Shown here piece by piece: positions 51,799 through 63,158 of a DNA stretch of 64,000 nucleotides. The stretch spans positions 32,001 to 96,000 of the IMG/VR virus record IMGVR_UViG_3300013426_000017. The stretch is one strand, 5' to 3'. The first letter of the stretch is position 1; each line of letters opens with the position of its first letter. The DNA is from a virus (taxonomy: Duplodnaviria > Caudoviricetes). Position numbers and translations under genes: made by a program. Under the pieces are notes generated by a model, which had not been told where the DNA came from, made no database searches, and was given only the letters and a program-made list of their open reading frames with translations.

Positions 51799-52334
51799 GA
51801 TTTGGGTAACGAGCGACACTCATTTCGGTTAGCCACGATAAAGAATTTATTTGGGGCGCTCGTGGTTTTAATTCAGTAGATGAGATGAATATTGAAATTG
51901 TAAAACGCTGGAATAGTGTAGTCGCCCCTGAAGATACCGTCTATCATCTAGGTGACGTGGCAATGGGAGGTCTTGAGAACCTCGAATGGGTTGATAATCT
52001 CAATGGAACCATTCATTTTATTCGAGGTAATCATTGCACTGATGCACGCGCAGCCAAGCTCGGCGCCACAAAATATGCCGATATACTCAAGTATGGTAAA
52101 TATAGATTTTATTTGTCCCATTATCCTACTTTAACCGCTAATTGGGATGATAATAAGCGAGGCCTGAAAGGTTGCACTTGGAATTTGTGTGGACATAGCC
52201 ATTATACCAACCCAATGCAAGATATGGACAAGGGCATCATCTACCATGTAGAGTTAGATGCGCATCAGTGCTATCCGTGCCTATTGGATGACATTATCGC
52301 AGAAGTAAAAGAATATGTTACAATTAATAGCTAA
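51791..52334 (+). CDS. Metallophosphoesterase requiring a +1 frameshift at GGT-TAG-C (or a pseudogene)
   Basis: Frame 0 gives MSKIWVTSDTHFG. HDKEFIWGARGF...YHLGD...GNH...SHYP...GHSH continues in the +1 frame after 51833. Confidence 0.7.
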
Positions 52335-52501
52335 CCTAATTGGTTAGCTATTTTTTTATTCGTCAGCGCCATGAGAGCCGTTGTTGGCTAAATTCCGCAT
52401 TAGGTAAATTTTTGCCCTAAATGTTAGGAACGAGTTGCGTTTTATAAAAATTTATGATACAATACTAACATAAAGAAATAAATTAAGGAGCGTATTGTAT
52501 T

Positions 52502-52990
52502 ATGAAGCAAGAGCCTATATTCAACTGGGATCCAGAAGAAGGAGTAGCTAGTTGTATAATTAAATATAAAAATCAAACATTTTGTGGCGTCGCCATGTGT
52601 CACGAAGAAGATAAGGATATGATGAGCGAGAAGACTGGTATCGAGATCGCATATCGTCGCGCCACAATTGATTATCTGAAATATATACGTGATATGGAGC
52701 TCAAGCCTGCACTCAAAGCACTCAAGCAATTATATTACACTATGAAGCATAGCACTCATTTTAATCCCAATAGTTATGAAAATTCAAAATTACAGAGACA
52801 TATTCGTATGTATGAGTTTGATTTAGAAACAATTAATGAAATGATGGTTGACGGACGTAAAAATTTGAAAGATTATATCGACAAGAAAGATGAATTCTAT
52901 AAGAAGACTCGCATTGGTCGCCAGATTAGAGAAGCGGAAGAGAGTGGAGAATTGTTGTTTGACTATTCAGAATCGGACAAAAAAGATTAA
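52502..52990 (+). CDS. Conserved phage protein
   Basis: GVAMCHEEDKD...TG.EIA..RA pattern; RBS AAGGAG. Confidence 0.75.
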   Translation: MKQEPIFNWDPEEGVASCIIKYKNQTFCGVAMCHEEDKDMMSEKTGIEIAYRRATIDYLKYIRDMELKPALKALKQLYYTMKHSTHFNPNSYENSKLQRHIRMYEFDLETINEMMVDGRKNLKDYIDKKDEFYKKTRIGRQIREAEESGELLFDYSESDKKD

Positions 52991-53050
52991 TTTACTCACT
53001 ATAAATTTTATATTATAATGAAAATAAAATTCCACAAAGGAGTGAATTTT

Positions 53051-54600
53051 TTGGCGACCTATAATTTTTATGATACGTGTAGCCTATTGCTAAGGGTCGA
53101 TGATTTATTCACTAAGCCAGAAAATATAGTGATTTCATCTATTACCCTCAATGAGCTAGAGCATATCAAGACGTCGGCGAATAAGGACGAAACAATCAAA
53201 CAAGATGCCCGCGTCCTGTTGCGTAAATTAGCAACCAATAGGGATAAGTATGAAGTTTGGATATTTAATGAATCTATGTTGGAGCCTATGACGGATAAAC
53301 ATTTATCTGTCACCCCCGATTTAAAAATCTTGGCGACCGCATTAGATTATGATACTAGAATTCATCCTGATGAAACAACCTTTATTACTAATGATTTGGC
53401 GCTATTCAATATTGCCAATTTATTCTTTGGCGATGATAGTATCCGAATGGTTGAGGAGTGTAATGATGATTATTCGGGATATCTAGACCACGTGTTCACA
53501 GATGAGGAACTAGCCTATTTCTATGAGCATCCGTATGAAAATGTCTACAATCTTGAGGTAAATGAATATCTCAATTTATATAATAGCGAAAAAGATTTAA
53601 TAGACCAAGTGTGTTGGACTGGCGATGGTTATCGCCATGTTGGGTCATATACATTCTCATCTATGGCATTTGGTGATATTAAACCTATAAAAAATGACCC
53701 TTATCAATATTTGGTAATGGATAGTCTTAAAAACAATCAGATAACGATGATTAAAGGGTTGCCTGGTTCAGGAAAAAGTATTTTAGCACTCTCTTATCTA
53801 TTTAGCCAATTGGATAAAGGGCGTATTAACAAAATAATTATTTTTTGTAATACTGTCGCCGCAAAAAACGCGGCAAAACTAGGGTTAGTTGGGTAAGGCC
53901 CTAGTATAAAACCTGGTGAATTGCTGGGATCCCCTTAGAGCTACACAAACCACAGCGTAAGGATGAAACAGGCCTAGATGCGAAGGTGTAAAAATTGTGG
54001 AGATTGGGCAATCAGCAGCTAAGCCCCGAATAGGGGAAAGTTCAACGACTATCGAAATCATGCATATAATGTAGAAGAGAGTAGAGTAGATAAGAAATTA
54101 TCGAAGCGCCAGGAATTTAAATTAAAAAATAGTTTAAATTAAGATATAGTCTGGCTCATAATGAAAATTATGAGGTTATTGTTTACCCCGGTGAGAGGGA
54201 TACCAAGCTGCTAGATTCTCAGATCGGTAATCTGCTAATTACAAAGTTGGGCAGTCGCATGGCTGTTGAACGTCTACTAGAAGACGAGCGTTTGATTCTC
54301 ATGCCATTAGCAGATTGTCGTGGCGTAGATACATCTGACATGAAAGCTGGTGTTTATATTTCAGAAGCTCAAAATATGGATATTTATCTAATGAAGCTTG
54401 CCCTCCAGCGCATTGGCGAAGATAGTATTTGTATCATAGATGGCGACTATAGTGATCAGGTTGACGATCCCGCATTCGCAGGTCGCCAAAACGGCATGCG
54501 TAGAGTATCTAAAGTATTTCGTGGTGCGGATATTTATGGTGAGGTCGAGCTGCGCCATATTCATCGTTCTAAAATTGCAAAAATTGCGGAGGGGCTATAA
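53051..54600 (+). CDS. phoH: PIN-PhoH protein, interrupted by a group I intron (exons 53051-53885 and 54182-54600)
   Basis: PIN (YDTC...ELE...D..IL...TND), Walker A GLPGSGKS; spliced KLGFYPG; RG, EAQN, RIGE, GDYSDQ. Confidence 0.9.
53886..54181 (+). mobile_element. Group I intron (296 nt, no ORF) in phoH
   Basis: P1 CTAGGGT/GCCCTAG with U-G at the splice site; P10 GGGTAA/TTACCC; cores AATTGCTGGGA, AATCAGCAGC, GTTCAACGACTA, AAGATATAGTCT; terminal G. Confidence 0.93.
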
Positions 54601-54649
54601 AGCCTTTCTACATTTTTAATATAAAATTTTGAGAAAGGAGGACTGTGAT

Positions 54650-55450
54650 ATGAGTAATAGTCCCTTAGTGAATTATACACGTATTAGTCCAAATAAATCT
54701 AGCCGTCAAGGCAACAAGATTGACATGGTAATTATACATTGCGTTGTGGGGCAAGCATCTGTTGAGTCTCTTGGTAGTCGTTTCGCTCAATCTAGCGTAG
54801 GCGCATCGTCCAACTATGGCATTGGTGCGGATGGTCGTATCGGTATGTATGTCGAAGAAAAAGACCGCGCTTGGTGTTCTGGTGGCGTCGATAGTAAAGG
54901 CAACCCTATTCGAGTGAATGGAATATCTGGTGCAGATATTGACCGTCGTGCGGTATCCATTGAATGTGCTTGCGATGCATATGCGCCCTATAAAATCAAT
55001 GATAAAGTGTATAAGTCACTAATCAAATTACTGGCGGATATTTGTAAGCGTAATGGTATAGTTCGTCTGAAATGGCAAGGTAATAAGAACCTAGTAGGCA
55101 ATGTAGCCCAACAGAACATGGCAGTCCATCGTTGGTTTGCCTATAAATCTTGCCCCGGTGATTATATCTATAACTTGCATCCACAGATTGTTAAAGAAGT
55201 TAATGCTACATTAGAAGAAATGGAGGATGAGAACATGACTCAGGAGAAGTTTAATGAGCTGGCTAATAATTGGTTGGAAAGTTTAAATCAAAAAGAATCT
55301 TCAAACTATGCTAAAGATTCCCTGGCCTGGGGCAAAAGTAGCGGTTTAATGATTGGCGATGAAACTGGCAATCAAATGCCAAAAGGCCTGTTAACTCGTG
55401 AACAATTTATTGTCGTATTAAAACGTATGTATGATAAGTTCATAAAATAA
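54650..55450 (+). CDS. Endolysin, N-acetylmuramoyl-L-alanine amidase with SLH-like C-terminus
   Basis: IHCVVG, ASSNY.IG.DG, RAW, SIE, HRWF..KSCPG; LMIGD...P...TREQ tail. Confidence 0.9.
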   Translation: MSNSPLVNYTRISPNKSSRQGNKIDMVIIHCVVGQASVESLGSRFAQSSVGASSNYGIGADGRIGMYVEEKDRAWCSGGVDSKGNPIRVNGISGADIDRRAVSIECACDAYAPYKINDKVYKSLIKLLADICKRNGIVRLKWQGNKNLVGNVAQQNMAVHRWFAYKSCPGDYIYNLHPQIVKEVNATLEEMEDENMTQEKFNELANNWLESLNQKESSNYAKDSLAWGKSSGLMIGDETGNQMPKGLLTREQFIVVLKRMYDKFIK

Positions 55451-55452
55451 TT

Positions 55453-55791
55453 ATGAAAAAAGAAAAAAAGAAAAGAGAATTTTCTAAGTGGCTATTAGTC
55501 CAAGAGTCTATACTAATTTGGATCACTACTGTGGCGCTGTTGGGCCTTGCCTACTTATGTATTATTCTTGGTTATTTGGGCACCATCCCTTGGCTGGCAT
55601 CGTTATGTGCATTGCCTTGGGGTGCGTATGGAGTTAGCCAAGTATATTACTATAAGAAGGCACTTGTAGAAAATTCTAAAGATGGTATAAAATATGAATC
55701 AGTGATGAAGGCACTAGATAATGCCAGCCCTAATCTCGCTGATTCAGATAATATAGCAGATGATCCCGATGGAAACTACCCCGATATATAA
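55453..55791 (+). CDS. Putative holin
   Basis: EFSK, two transmembrane segments, YY.KA..EN; follows the endolysin. Confidence 0.6.
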   Translation: MKKEKKKREFSKWLLVQESILIWITTVALLGLAYLCIILGYLGTIPWLASLCALPWGAYGVSQVYYYKKALVENSKDGIKYESVMKALDNASPNLADSDNIADDPDGNYPDI

Positions 55792-55794
55792 AAA

Positions 55795-55835
55795 TAACGG
55801 ATATGGTTTAATAACCATATCCGTTTTTATTTTTT
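55795..55835 (+). terminator. Intrinsic terminator
   Basis: AACGGATATGGTT-taat-AACCATATCCGTT followed by a T run. Confidence 0.8.
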
Positions 55836-55920
55836 AGTTGATTTTTTTCAAAAAATATGATATAATATATACATAGAATAGATAAGGTGGCAAATAGAAT
55901 TAAAATAGAGGGGTGTGATA

Positions 55921-56403
55921 ATGGAAAAAGTTGAAGTCTTATACACAGATGGAAGTTGTTTAGGAAGTGGCGCCGGCGGTTATGGCGTCATTGGGCTGAG
56001 CGGCGCCAAGGTCGTTTATGCGTATTAGGAGCACGAAGAACTAACAACAAATAATAGAATGGAAATGAAAGCTATATTACATGCTATAGAAAATTTCGGT
56101 AAAGCAGATGGTGGTTTTGCCCAACCTGTAATTGTCTATTCTGATTCTCGCTATTGTGTTAATACATTTAATGATTGGGGATTTAAATGGCGAATGAATA
56201 ATTGGATTAAATCAGATAATAAAACCCCAGAGAATTTAGATTTGGTCCAAAAATATATAGAATATATAGATAAAGGATATATAATTGATTTGAGATATGT
56301 CCGTGGCCACAATGGGACGCTAGGCAATGAATTAGCAGACCAATTGGCTACAGGAAAAATGTCAGTATCGGAGGTAATGGAGAAATATGGCGTATCAAGC
56401 TGA
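55921..56403 (+). CDS. rnhA: Ribonuclease HI (1 TAG)
   Basis: YTDGSC, TTNNRME, SDSRY, VRGH.G..GNE.AD. TAG 56026 separates the first catalytic Asp from the rest. Confidence 0.92.
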
Positions 56404-58276
56404 AAATATTAAATCATTAGATTATTTTGAGCATATTCGCAAATATCCAGGAATGTATATAGGTTCAAAAGATGCAAAAGGCCTATTACATTGTGTAAAA
56501 GAAATTATTTCTAATAGCATAGATGAATATTTGAACGGCGCAGGTGATACCATTCAAATTACGTTTTTACCTAACAATGGAATACGTATTGAAGATAATG
56601 GACGAGGTATTCCGCATGGTGAGCATGCTACAGGTTGCAGTATATTACAGGCATGTTTTGGTATTGCTAATACTGGTGGTAAATTTGATAATGCAACTGG
56701 TGAATCAGGTTACAATACTAGCGGTGGTGAACATGGTACTGGTGGGAAAGCGGTAAATGCATTATCTCGTAAAATGATAGTTACTACTAGTCGTGAGGGG
56801 CTAAAAGAAATCGTTGAATTTGCAAAAGGCGAATTCATAAGTTATCATAAAATATCCGTAGATAAAAATCTTACTGGAACTTCGGTAGAATTTTATCCGG
56901 ATAATGAAGTATTAGAAACTATAGAATTTGATATTCCCGCCATTAAAAAAATGGTAAGAGAATTTAGTTATTTGTGTAAAGGATTACGATTTACAATTTC
57001 AGAATCTAACGGCGCCACAGAAGAATATCTATCAAAAAATGGCTTGGCAGATTATATGGATTATTTAAGTCAAGGTCAGGAATTTTTAGTGCCACCATTT
57101 TATTTTGATGTTCATGAAGATAAATTTCAACTTGAGGTTGCTATTGGATATACTAAATCTTATTCGTCTGTTACTAAATTATATACAAATAATATCCCGC
57201 AGGAAAAAGGAACCCATTATACAGGATTTAAAACTGCTTGGACGTCTAATTTAAATACATTTGCTAGAGAAAACAAGTGGCTAAAAGATAAAGAAGCCAA
57301 TCTTGCTGGTAGTGATTATGATGAAGGCATGATTTTAATTCTCAATTTTAAAATGATTGATCCAGTATTTAAAGGACAGAATAAAGAGGAATTAAGTTCA
57401 TCAGAAGGTAGAACTTATACTCAAAAGCTTACTGCGGCGGCATTGAAAGAACTATTACCCATTCGCATTAAAGATATTAAGGTTATCGTTGATAAAGCAT
57501 TAAGTGCTCGCAAAGCAAGAGAGGCCGCAAAAAAAGCTCGTGACGCAATACGTCAGCCAAAAGAAAAAGGATTAAAGGCTAAATTAGCATTAAGTAAAAA
57601 GTTCACCGATTGTGAAAGTAAAAATCCCAGAGAAAGAAACCTGCTATTGGTTGAGGGCAATTCTGCGGCGGCATCGGCTATTGAAGCGCGTAATACTAAG
57701 ACTGATTGTATTTATATGCTGCGAGGAAAGGTAGTTTCGCCGCTCAAAACTGATGTGGCTAAAATCCTCCAAAATCAAGAAATGTCTGATATAATTCGTG
57801 TTATTGGCGCTGGTTTTGGTAAAGAATTTGATGCTAATAAAATGAATTTTAATAAAATTGTAATAACAAGCGATCAGGATTCTGATGGCGCCGACATAGA
57901 GCTCCTTTTGCTGACCTTCTTCTACACATATATGAGACCTTTAGTAGAAGCTGGCAAATTATATCGAGCAGTAACACCGCTATATATTATTAGGCAAAAG
58001 GATAAAGAACATTATTGTTATAGCGAAGCAGAATTGGCACAGTGGAAAGAATCACACACCGGTAGCTATGATCTTCTCAGAGCAAAGGGCCTTGGCGAAT
58101 TAAACCCAGCTGACCTCCACCGAGTCTGTTTTCTAAATGAGCGTTATAAGCGTATAACAATTAGTGATGCTCAAAAAGCCACTGAATTACTTGAAATTTT
58201 GCAAGGTCCAAGCGTTGAGCCTCGTAAAAAGTATATTTATGAAAATGCTACAGAACTCGGATTTGAATTTGATTAA
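56387..58276 (+). CDS. gyrB: Type IIA topoisomerase subunit B
   Basis: EIISNSIDE, DNGRGIP, GGKF, VEGNSA, LRGK, DQDSDG, KGLGE. Confidence 0.93.
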   Translation: MAYQAENIKSLDYFEHIRKYPGMYIGSKDAKGLLHCVKEIISNSIDEYLNGAGDTIQITFLPNNGIRIEDNGRGIPHGEHATGCSILQACFGIANTGGKFDNATGESGYNTSGGEHGTGGKAVNALSRKMIVTTSREGLKEIVEFAKGEFISYHKISVDKNLTGTSVEFYPDNEVLETIEFDIPAIKKMVREFSYLCKGLRFTISESNGATEEYLSKNGLADYMDYLSQGQEFLVPPFYFDVHEDKFQLEVAIGYTKSYSSVTKLYTNNIPQEKGTHYTGFKTAWTSNLNTFARENKWLKDKEANLAGSDYDEGMILILNFKMIDPVFKGQNKEELSSSEGRTYTQKLTAAALKELLPIRIKDIKVIVDKALSARKAREAAKKARDAIRQPKEKGLKAKLALSKKFTDCESKNPRERNLLLVEGNSAAASAIEARNTKTDCIYMLRGKVVSPLKTDVAKILQNQEMSDIIRVIGAGFGKEFDANKMNFNKIVITSDQDSDGADIELLLLTFFYTYMRPLVEAGKLYRAVTPLYIIRQKDKEHYCYSEAELAQWKESHTGSYDLLRAKGLGELNPADLHRVCFLNERYKRITISDAQKATELLEILQGPSVEPRKKYIYENATELGFEFD

Positions 58277-58288
58277 GGAGGAAATAAA

Positions 58289-61200
58289 ATGAGTGATAAT
58301 TATATAACTGAAGTAGATATTTTAGATGAAGCTAAAGATTGTTTCCTCACTTATGCATCTGAAGTCTTGACCGATCGAGCTATTCCTGCTGCAGAAGATG
58401 GCCTATTAAGTTCACAAAGGAAAATATTGTGGACGATGGAAGATGTATTGAAAATGAACAATAATAGCAAGACAAAAAAAAGCAATGCTTTGGTGGGTTC
58501 TACCCTATCGACCGCATATTTTCACGGTAAATAAAAGGTAATCAATTAAAAAAATTGGTCAAAAGTAAATAAATGCGTAATTTTAATCTTCATATGTAAT
58601 GACAAAAAATAAAGGAGTCGTTTACGTATGAAAAAAATGAAAAAAAACCTTATTCCTGCGATTGAATATTTATTATAGAATCCTACGATATCCATGACTA
58701 AAGTTGGATAGCTATTTAATGTTGACCGTCATGCAATTGCTAAATACAAAAACACTTATTAGTTATATAAATATGAAAACTAGTCAGATAAAAATGATGA
58801 ATTTGTATATTATTTTTCTGATGCAGAACTAGAGTTTATTTATTTTTATTTAAATAATCCCAATGTTGGGTATGAAAAATTAGCAGCGCAATATCCTGAA
58901 GCGCCAGAAAGACGAGCCTTATATCATTGGTTAGATATATTAGGCAAAGAAAAAACAGTTGGTGGTGCTATTAAATATCACTATGATAGAACGCGTTTTA
59001 AACAAATTCTAACTGAAGAGGATGCTTATTGGTTAGGGTTTATTACAGCGGATGGCTGTATTATTGAAGGTAAATGGCTGCAACTATAGTTAGCTGCTAT
59101 TGACTATGAGCATCTTGTTAAATTTGGAAGATATATGGGATTAGCTGAAGAAGAAATAAATGAAATTATTAAGGACGGATATGGTGGCGCTTATACACGA
59201 GACAATCCTATTGTCAATATAAAAATTTGCTCATTAGAAATTATAGCAAATTTGCAAGATAAAGGTGTAACTGCTCGTAAAAGTGGCAGTGAAATTCCAT
59301 ATATTTGTTCAACCCCAGAGCTTGAGCTTGCTTATATCCGAGGACTAATAGATGGAGATGGATATATACGCTCAACCCAATATGGCATGGGCATTGTTGG
59401 TAGCTAGGACATCTGTAGTTATATTCAATAGTATATCACTAATTATATCTGTGATATTTCTACTAATCATATCCATAAGCATGGGATAATTTATAAATTA
59501 GAATTAGCTGGTAGATTATAGACCACTAAAATTTTACAAGCACTATATAATAACGCAACAATTTACTTAGACCGCAAGTATCAATTATATTTACAAAAGT
59601 ATACATAACAATGAATCGAATTGCCGTGACTAAATTCCGGAATTAAGCGGGAAGGCTAAACTAGATTAATCTAGCATGCTAATCCGAACCGAAGGCTAGT
59701 CTAAGACTAGTCAGGGGCAACGCATAGTAGGTGAAAAGATATAATCCTACCACGAGGCCGGAACATACTTGATAGGTATGAAAAGATATGCTGAACTTAT
59801 GAGAAATCATAAGAAGTAGAAAATAAAAAATTTCTACGATAACAAAAGTGGATGCTAGTTGTTATGGTGTTTTATGCAAAATGGCGCAAGAATATCTTAT
59901 GCGCTATCCCCTGATCCATGGGCAAGGTTCGTTAGGCACTCAAGAAGATAATAGTCTTGTTGCCTCTAGCCGCTACACAGAGGCCAAACCATCTATATTC
60001 GCAGATTTAATGATGATAGATTATAAAAAACATCCAGTTCCCACCAAAGAAACTTATAATGGGGAATATCAAGAACCGGTTGTCTTGCCTGCATTATTCC
60101 CTAATGCTTTGTGTAATGGTCGCCAAGCTATAGGCATTTCTATGGCTCATAGTTCGGCGCCACATAACTTAACCGAAGTTATTGAAGGAATTATAGCTTA
60201 TATTCAAAATCCTGATATAGACATTAAGGGCCTAATGGAATATATTAAAGGACCTGATTTTCCCCTTGGTGGCGAAGTTATTAATAAAAAGGATATTTAT
60301 CAAGCCTTCGCCACAGGCAAATCTTCTATTTCGCTCAAGGTTCGTGGCGATTATACAATAGATGGTAATACAATTACATTTACCACTATTCCTTATAGAA
60401 CTTATCGCAATAAGATTAAAGAACAATTAGAGAAAAATGTTGAGATGTTTGAAAAGGCCTTAGAAGATTTTAGTGATAAATCAAATTTAGGGCAAAATAA
60501 ATTAGTATTTGAAGCTAAGCCCGGATGTGTTAATACACTATTAAATTTATTATTCAAATATACTGATTTGCAAACAACAATATCATATAATATGAATTTT
60601 ATTGTTGATGGCACGCCTAAATTATGTTCTATAAAAGATTTAATTACGGCTTATGTTACACATCAGCAGCAAGTTATGATTAATGTGGCGCAGACCGACC
60701 TAGACAAGGCACAATACAGAAAGCATATTGTTGAGGGTCTATTGATTGCAATTAATGATATAGATACTGCTATAGAATTGATCCGTTCATCGACAGACCG
60801 TAGTGAAGCAAAGTCAAAATTAATAGCACATTTTGGACTATCTGAAGACCAAGCTAATGGCATTCTTGATATGAAATTGGTTAAGCTAACTAAATTAGAT
60901 AAAGATGATTTGTTAAACGAATTACAGAATCTTATTAAGGCTATTGAAGATTATGAAAAAATTATTTCCGATGAAACCTATCGTAAAGGGTTATTAGTTG
61001 TCAAACTTAATAATCTGAAAAATAAATATGGTGATGCTCGTAGAACTCGGTTAACTCAATTATCCGAACTTGCAAAAGAGGATAAAGAGATTGAGTATGT
61101 TGAGCCTGAAAAATGTGTAGTAGTATTAACTGAGTCTGGCGGTGTGAAACGCATCCCCGCCACCTCATTTAAAACTCAAAAGAGAAATGGCAAAGGTGTA

Positions 61201-61986
61201 AAAACGCAAGATGATATAACCAATGCCATTATTAGAACCAATACAGTTGACCATCTGATGGTATTTACCAATAAAGGCAAGATGTATCGTCTATTGGTAG
61301 ATAATATTCCAGTAGGAACTAATGCATCAAAGGCAATTTCTATTAAGACACTAGTTGAAATGGAAAGTGGCGAAGAACCTACACTCATTTATTCAATCTA
61401 TCGTGATACTAATGCTAAATTTGTAGTATTTGCGACTAAGCGTGGCGTATTGAAAAAAACCCCGCTTGATGAATATACTGGTCTCAAAAAGAAAAATGGT
61501 ATGATAGCAATTAAACTACGTGAAGGTGATGAACTAGCATCAGTATCTCTCGCAAGCGATGAAGATATTCTGATGATTACCAAGAAGGGCCAGGTAATAC
61601 GTGTGGCGAACTCCGATGTGGGATCCTCAAGCCGCGCCACAATAGGCATGAAGGGTATTAATATGCCAGAAGATGATGAAGTTATTGCTATGTTGCCTAT
61701 TCGCGACGAAACCGATTATTTGGCTTTATTTAGCGTAAGTGGTCTTGGTAAAAAGATACCCCTCAATGAGATAGCACGCCAAGGTCGAGGCGGAAAAGGT
61801 ATTCGTTACTACAAAGATAATGATTTGGCGGCGGCGTGCCTTGTAGCGGACATAGACCATATCCTCATAGTTGGGCTAACTAATTCAATTTGCATAGGTG
61901 CAGAAAGTATTCCGATTATGCAGACAAAAGCCGCAGCAGGTAATATGTTAATCAAGAACCGTATCAAAACGGTTAGCAAAGTATAA
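58289..61986 (+). CDS. gyrA: Type IIA topoisomerase subunit A, interrupted by a group I intron (exons 58289-58528 and 59851-61986)
   Basis: DRAIP..DGL..QR; spliced FHG|DAS; catalytic SRYTE; C-terminal pinwheel with GyrA-box-like QKRNGKG. Confidence 0.92.
58529..59850 (+). mobile_element. Group I intron (1322 nt) carrying a homing endonuclease in loop L1
   Basis: Exon end TCACGGT pairs with GCCGTGA at 59623. Catalytic core at about 59630-59850 (AATTAAGCGGGAA, AATCCGAACC, GGGCAACGCATA, AAGATATGCT); terminal G. Confidence 0.88.
58628..59608 (+). CDS. Intron-encoded double LAGLIDADG homing endonuclease (326 aa, 8 TAG)
   Basis: AYWLGFITADGCI, AYIRGLIDGDGYI and YLDRKY. RBS AAGGAG. Open to TAA when TAG=Gln. 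Confidence 0.88.
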
Positions 61987-62042
61987 AATCAAGGTTACCA
62001 ACCTTGATTTTATACAAAAAATATGATATAATGAGGTAGAAA

Positions 62043-63158
62043 ATGAGAGAAATACAAGAGCTTATTGACACCTTAAATAGTTGGACAAAAGCATATGATG
62101 AGGGTCATCCAATTGTTAGTGATGAGACTTGGGATACTAATTATAATCGGCTATTGCAATTCGAACAAGAAACGGGAATAATTTATCCCAATTCGCCCAC
62201 GCAGTCTATTAATTATCAAGTTGTTAATGCCTTGACTAAAGTAAAACACGACCACCCAATGTTATCTCTAAGTAAAACTAAAAGCGTAGAGGAATTAGAA
62301 GTATTTTGCGGTGACCATCTAATGGTAGGTATGCTAAAATTAGACGGGTTAACTATATCCTTGCATTATCAGAATGGTGAACTCATTAGAGCAGAAACAC
62401 GTGGTGATGGTCAAGTAGGCGAAGATGTGACTCATAACGCAATGGTTATTTCTAATATACCTAAATCTATTAAGTCCAAAGAGGACATAATAGTAGATGG
62501 TGAAATAATTTGTTCATATTCAGATTTTAAAGCATTTGAAAATGAATATGCGAATCCTCGTAATTTTGCATCTGGCAGTATTAGACTATTAGACGCAAAA
62601 GAGTGCGCAAAACGACGCTTGCGATTTATTGCTTGGGATGTTATTACCAATGTGGCGCAGTCCCTACAATTAAAATTGACTTGGGCATTAAATAATGGAT
62701 TTGATGTAGTCCCATTAAAAGTATTTAGGGCAAATGAAACGTCAGTTAATAATATTATTGATACATTAAAAAATGATAATATAACGGATTATCAATATCC
62801 GATTGATGGCATTGTGTTTAAATACGACGATTGTAATTATTATCATAGTCTCGGCGCTACGAGCCACCATCCCAACGGAGGCAGGGCGTTCAAGTTTTAT
62901 GACGAAGCCTATGAATCTCATCTATTGGATATAGAATGGAGCCCTGGTCGAACGGGAGTATTGACCCCTATTGCAGTATTTGAAACTATAGATTTTCTAG
63001 ACTCGCGGGTCAACAAAGCGTCGTTGCACAATTTAAGCATTATGAAACAAACCTTAGGAATACCATATGTAGGACAAAAAATTAAGGTAGCAAAAATGAA
63101 TCAAATTATACCGGCTGTCGTGGCAGCACAAACCCCAGAAGGCGAGTGGATAGAATGA
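62043..63158 (+). CDS. ligA: NAD-dependent DNA ligase, N-terminal part (adenylation and OB domains)
   Basis: PMLSL, KLDG, TRGDG.GED.T, NPRN.ASG, DGIVFK, GRTG.LTP, ASLHN; stops at TGA before the Zn finger. Confidence 0.9.
   Translation: MREIQELIDTLNSWTKAYDEGHPIVSDETWDTNYNRLLQFEQETGIIYPNSPTQSINYQVVNALTKVKHDHPMLSLSKTKSVEELEVFCGDHLMVGMLKLDGLTISLHYQNGELIRAETRGDGQVGEDVTHNAMVISNIPKSIKSKEDIIVDGEIICSYSDFKAFENEYANPRNFASGSIRLLDAKECAKRRLRFIAWDVITNVAQSLQLKLTWALNNGFDVVPLKVFRANETSVNNIIDTLKNDNITDYQYPIDGIVFKYDDCNYYHSLGATSHHPNGGRAFKFYDEAYESHLLDIEWSPGRTGVLTPIAVFETIDFLDSRVNKASLHNLSIMKQTLGIPYVGQKIKVAKMNQIIPAVVAAQTPEGEWIE

Noticed and set aside
59848-59850. GTG start for a separate gyrA C-terminal gene
   Set aside because: It is the intron 3' end; splicing restores the conserved HG-D.
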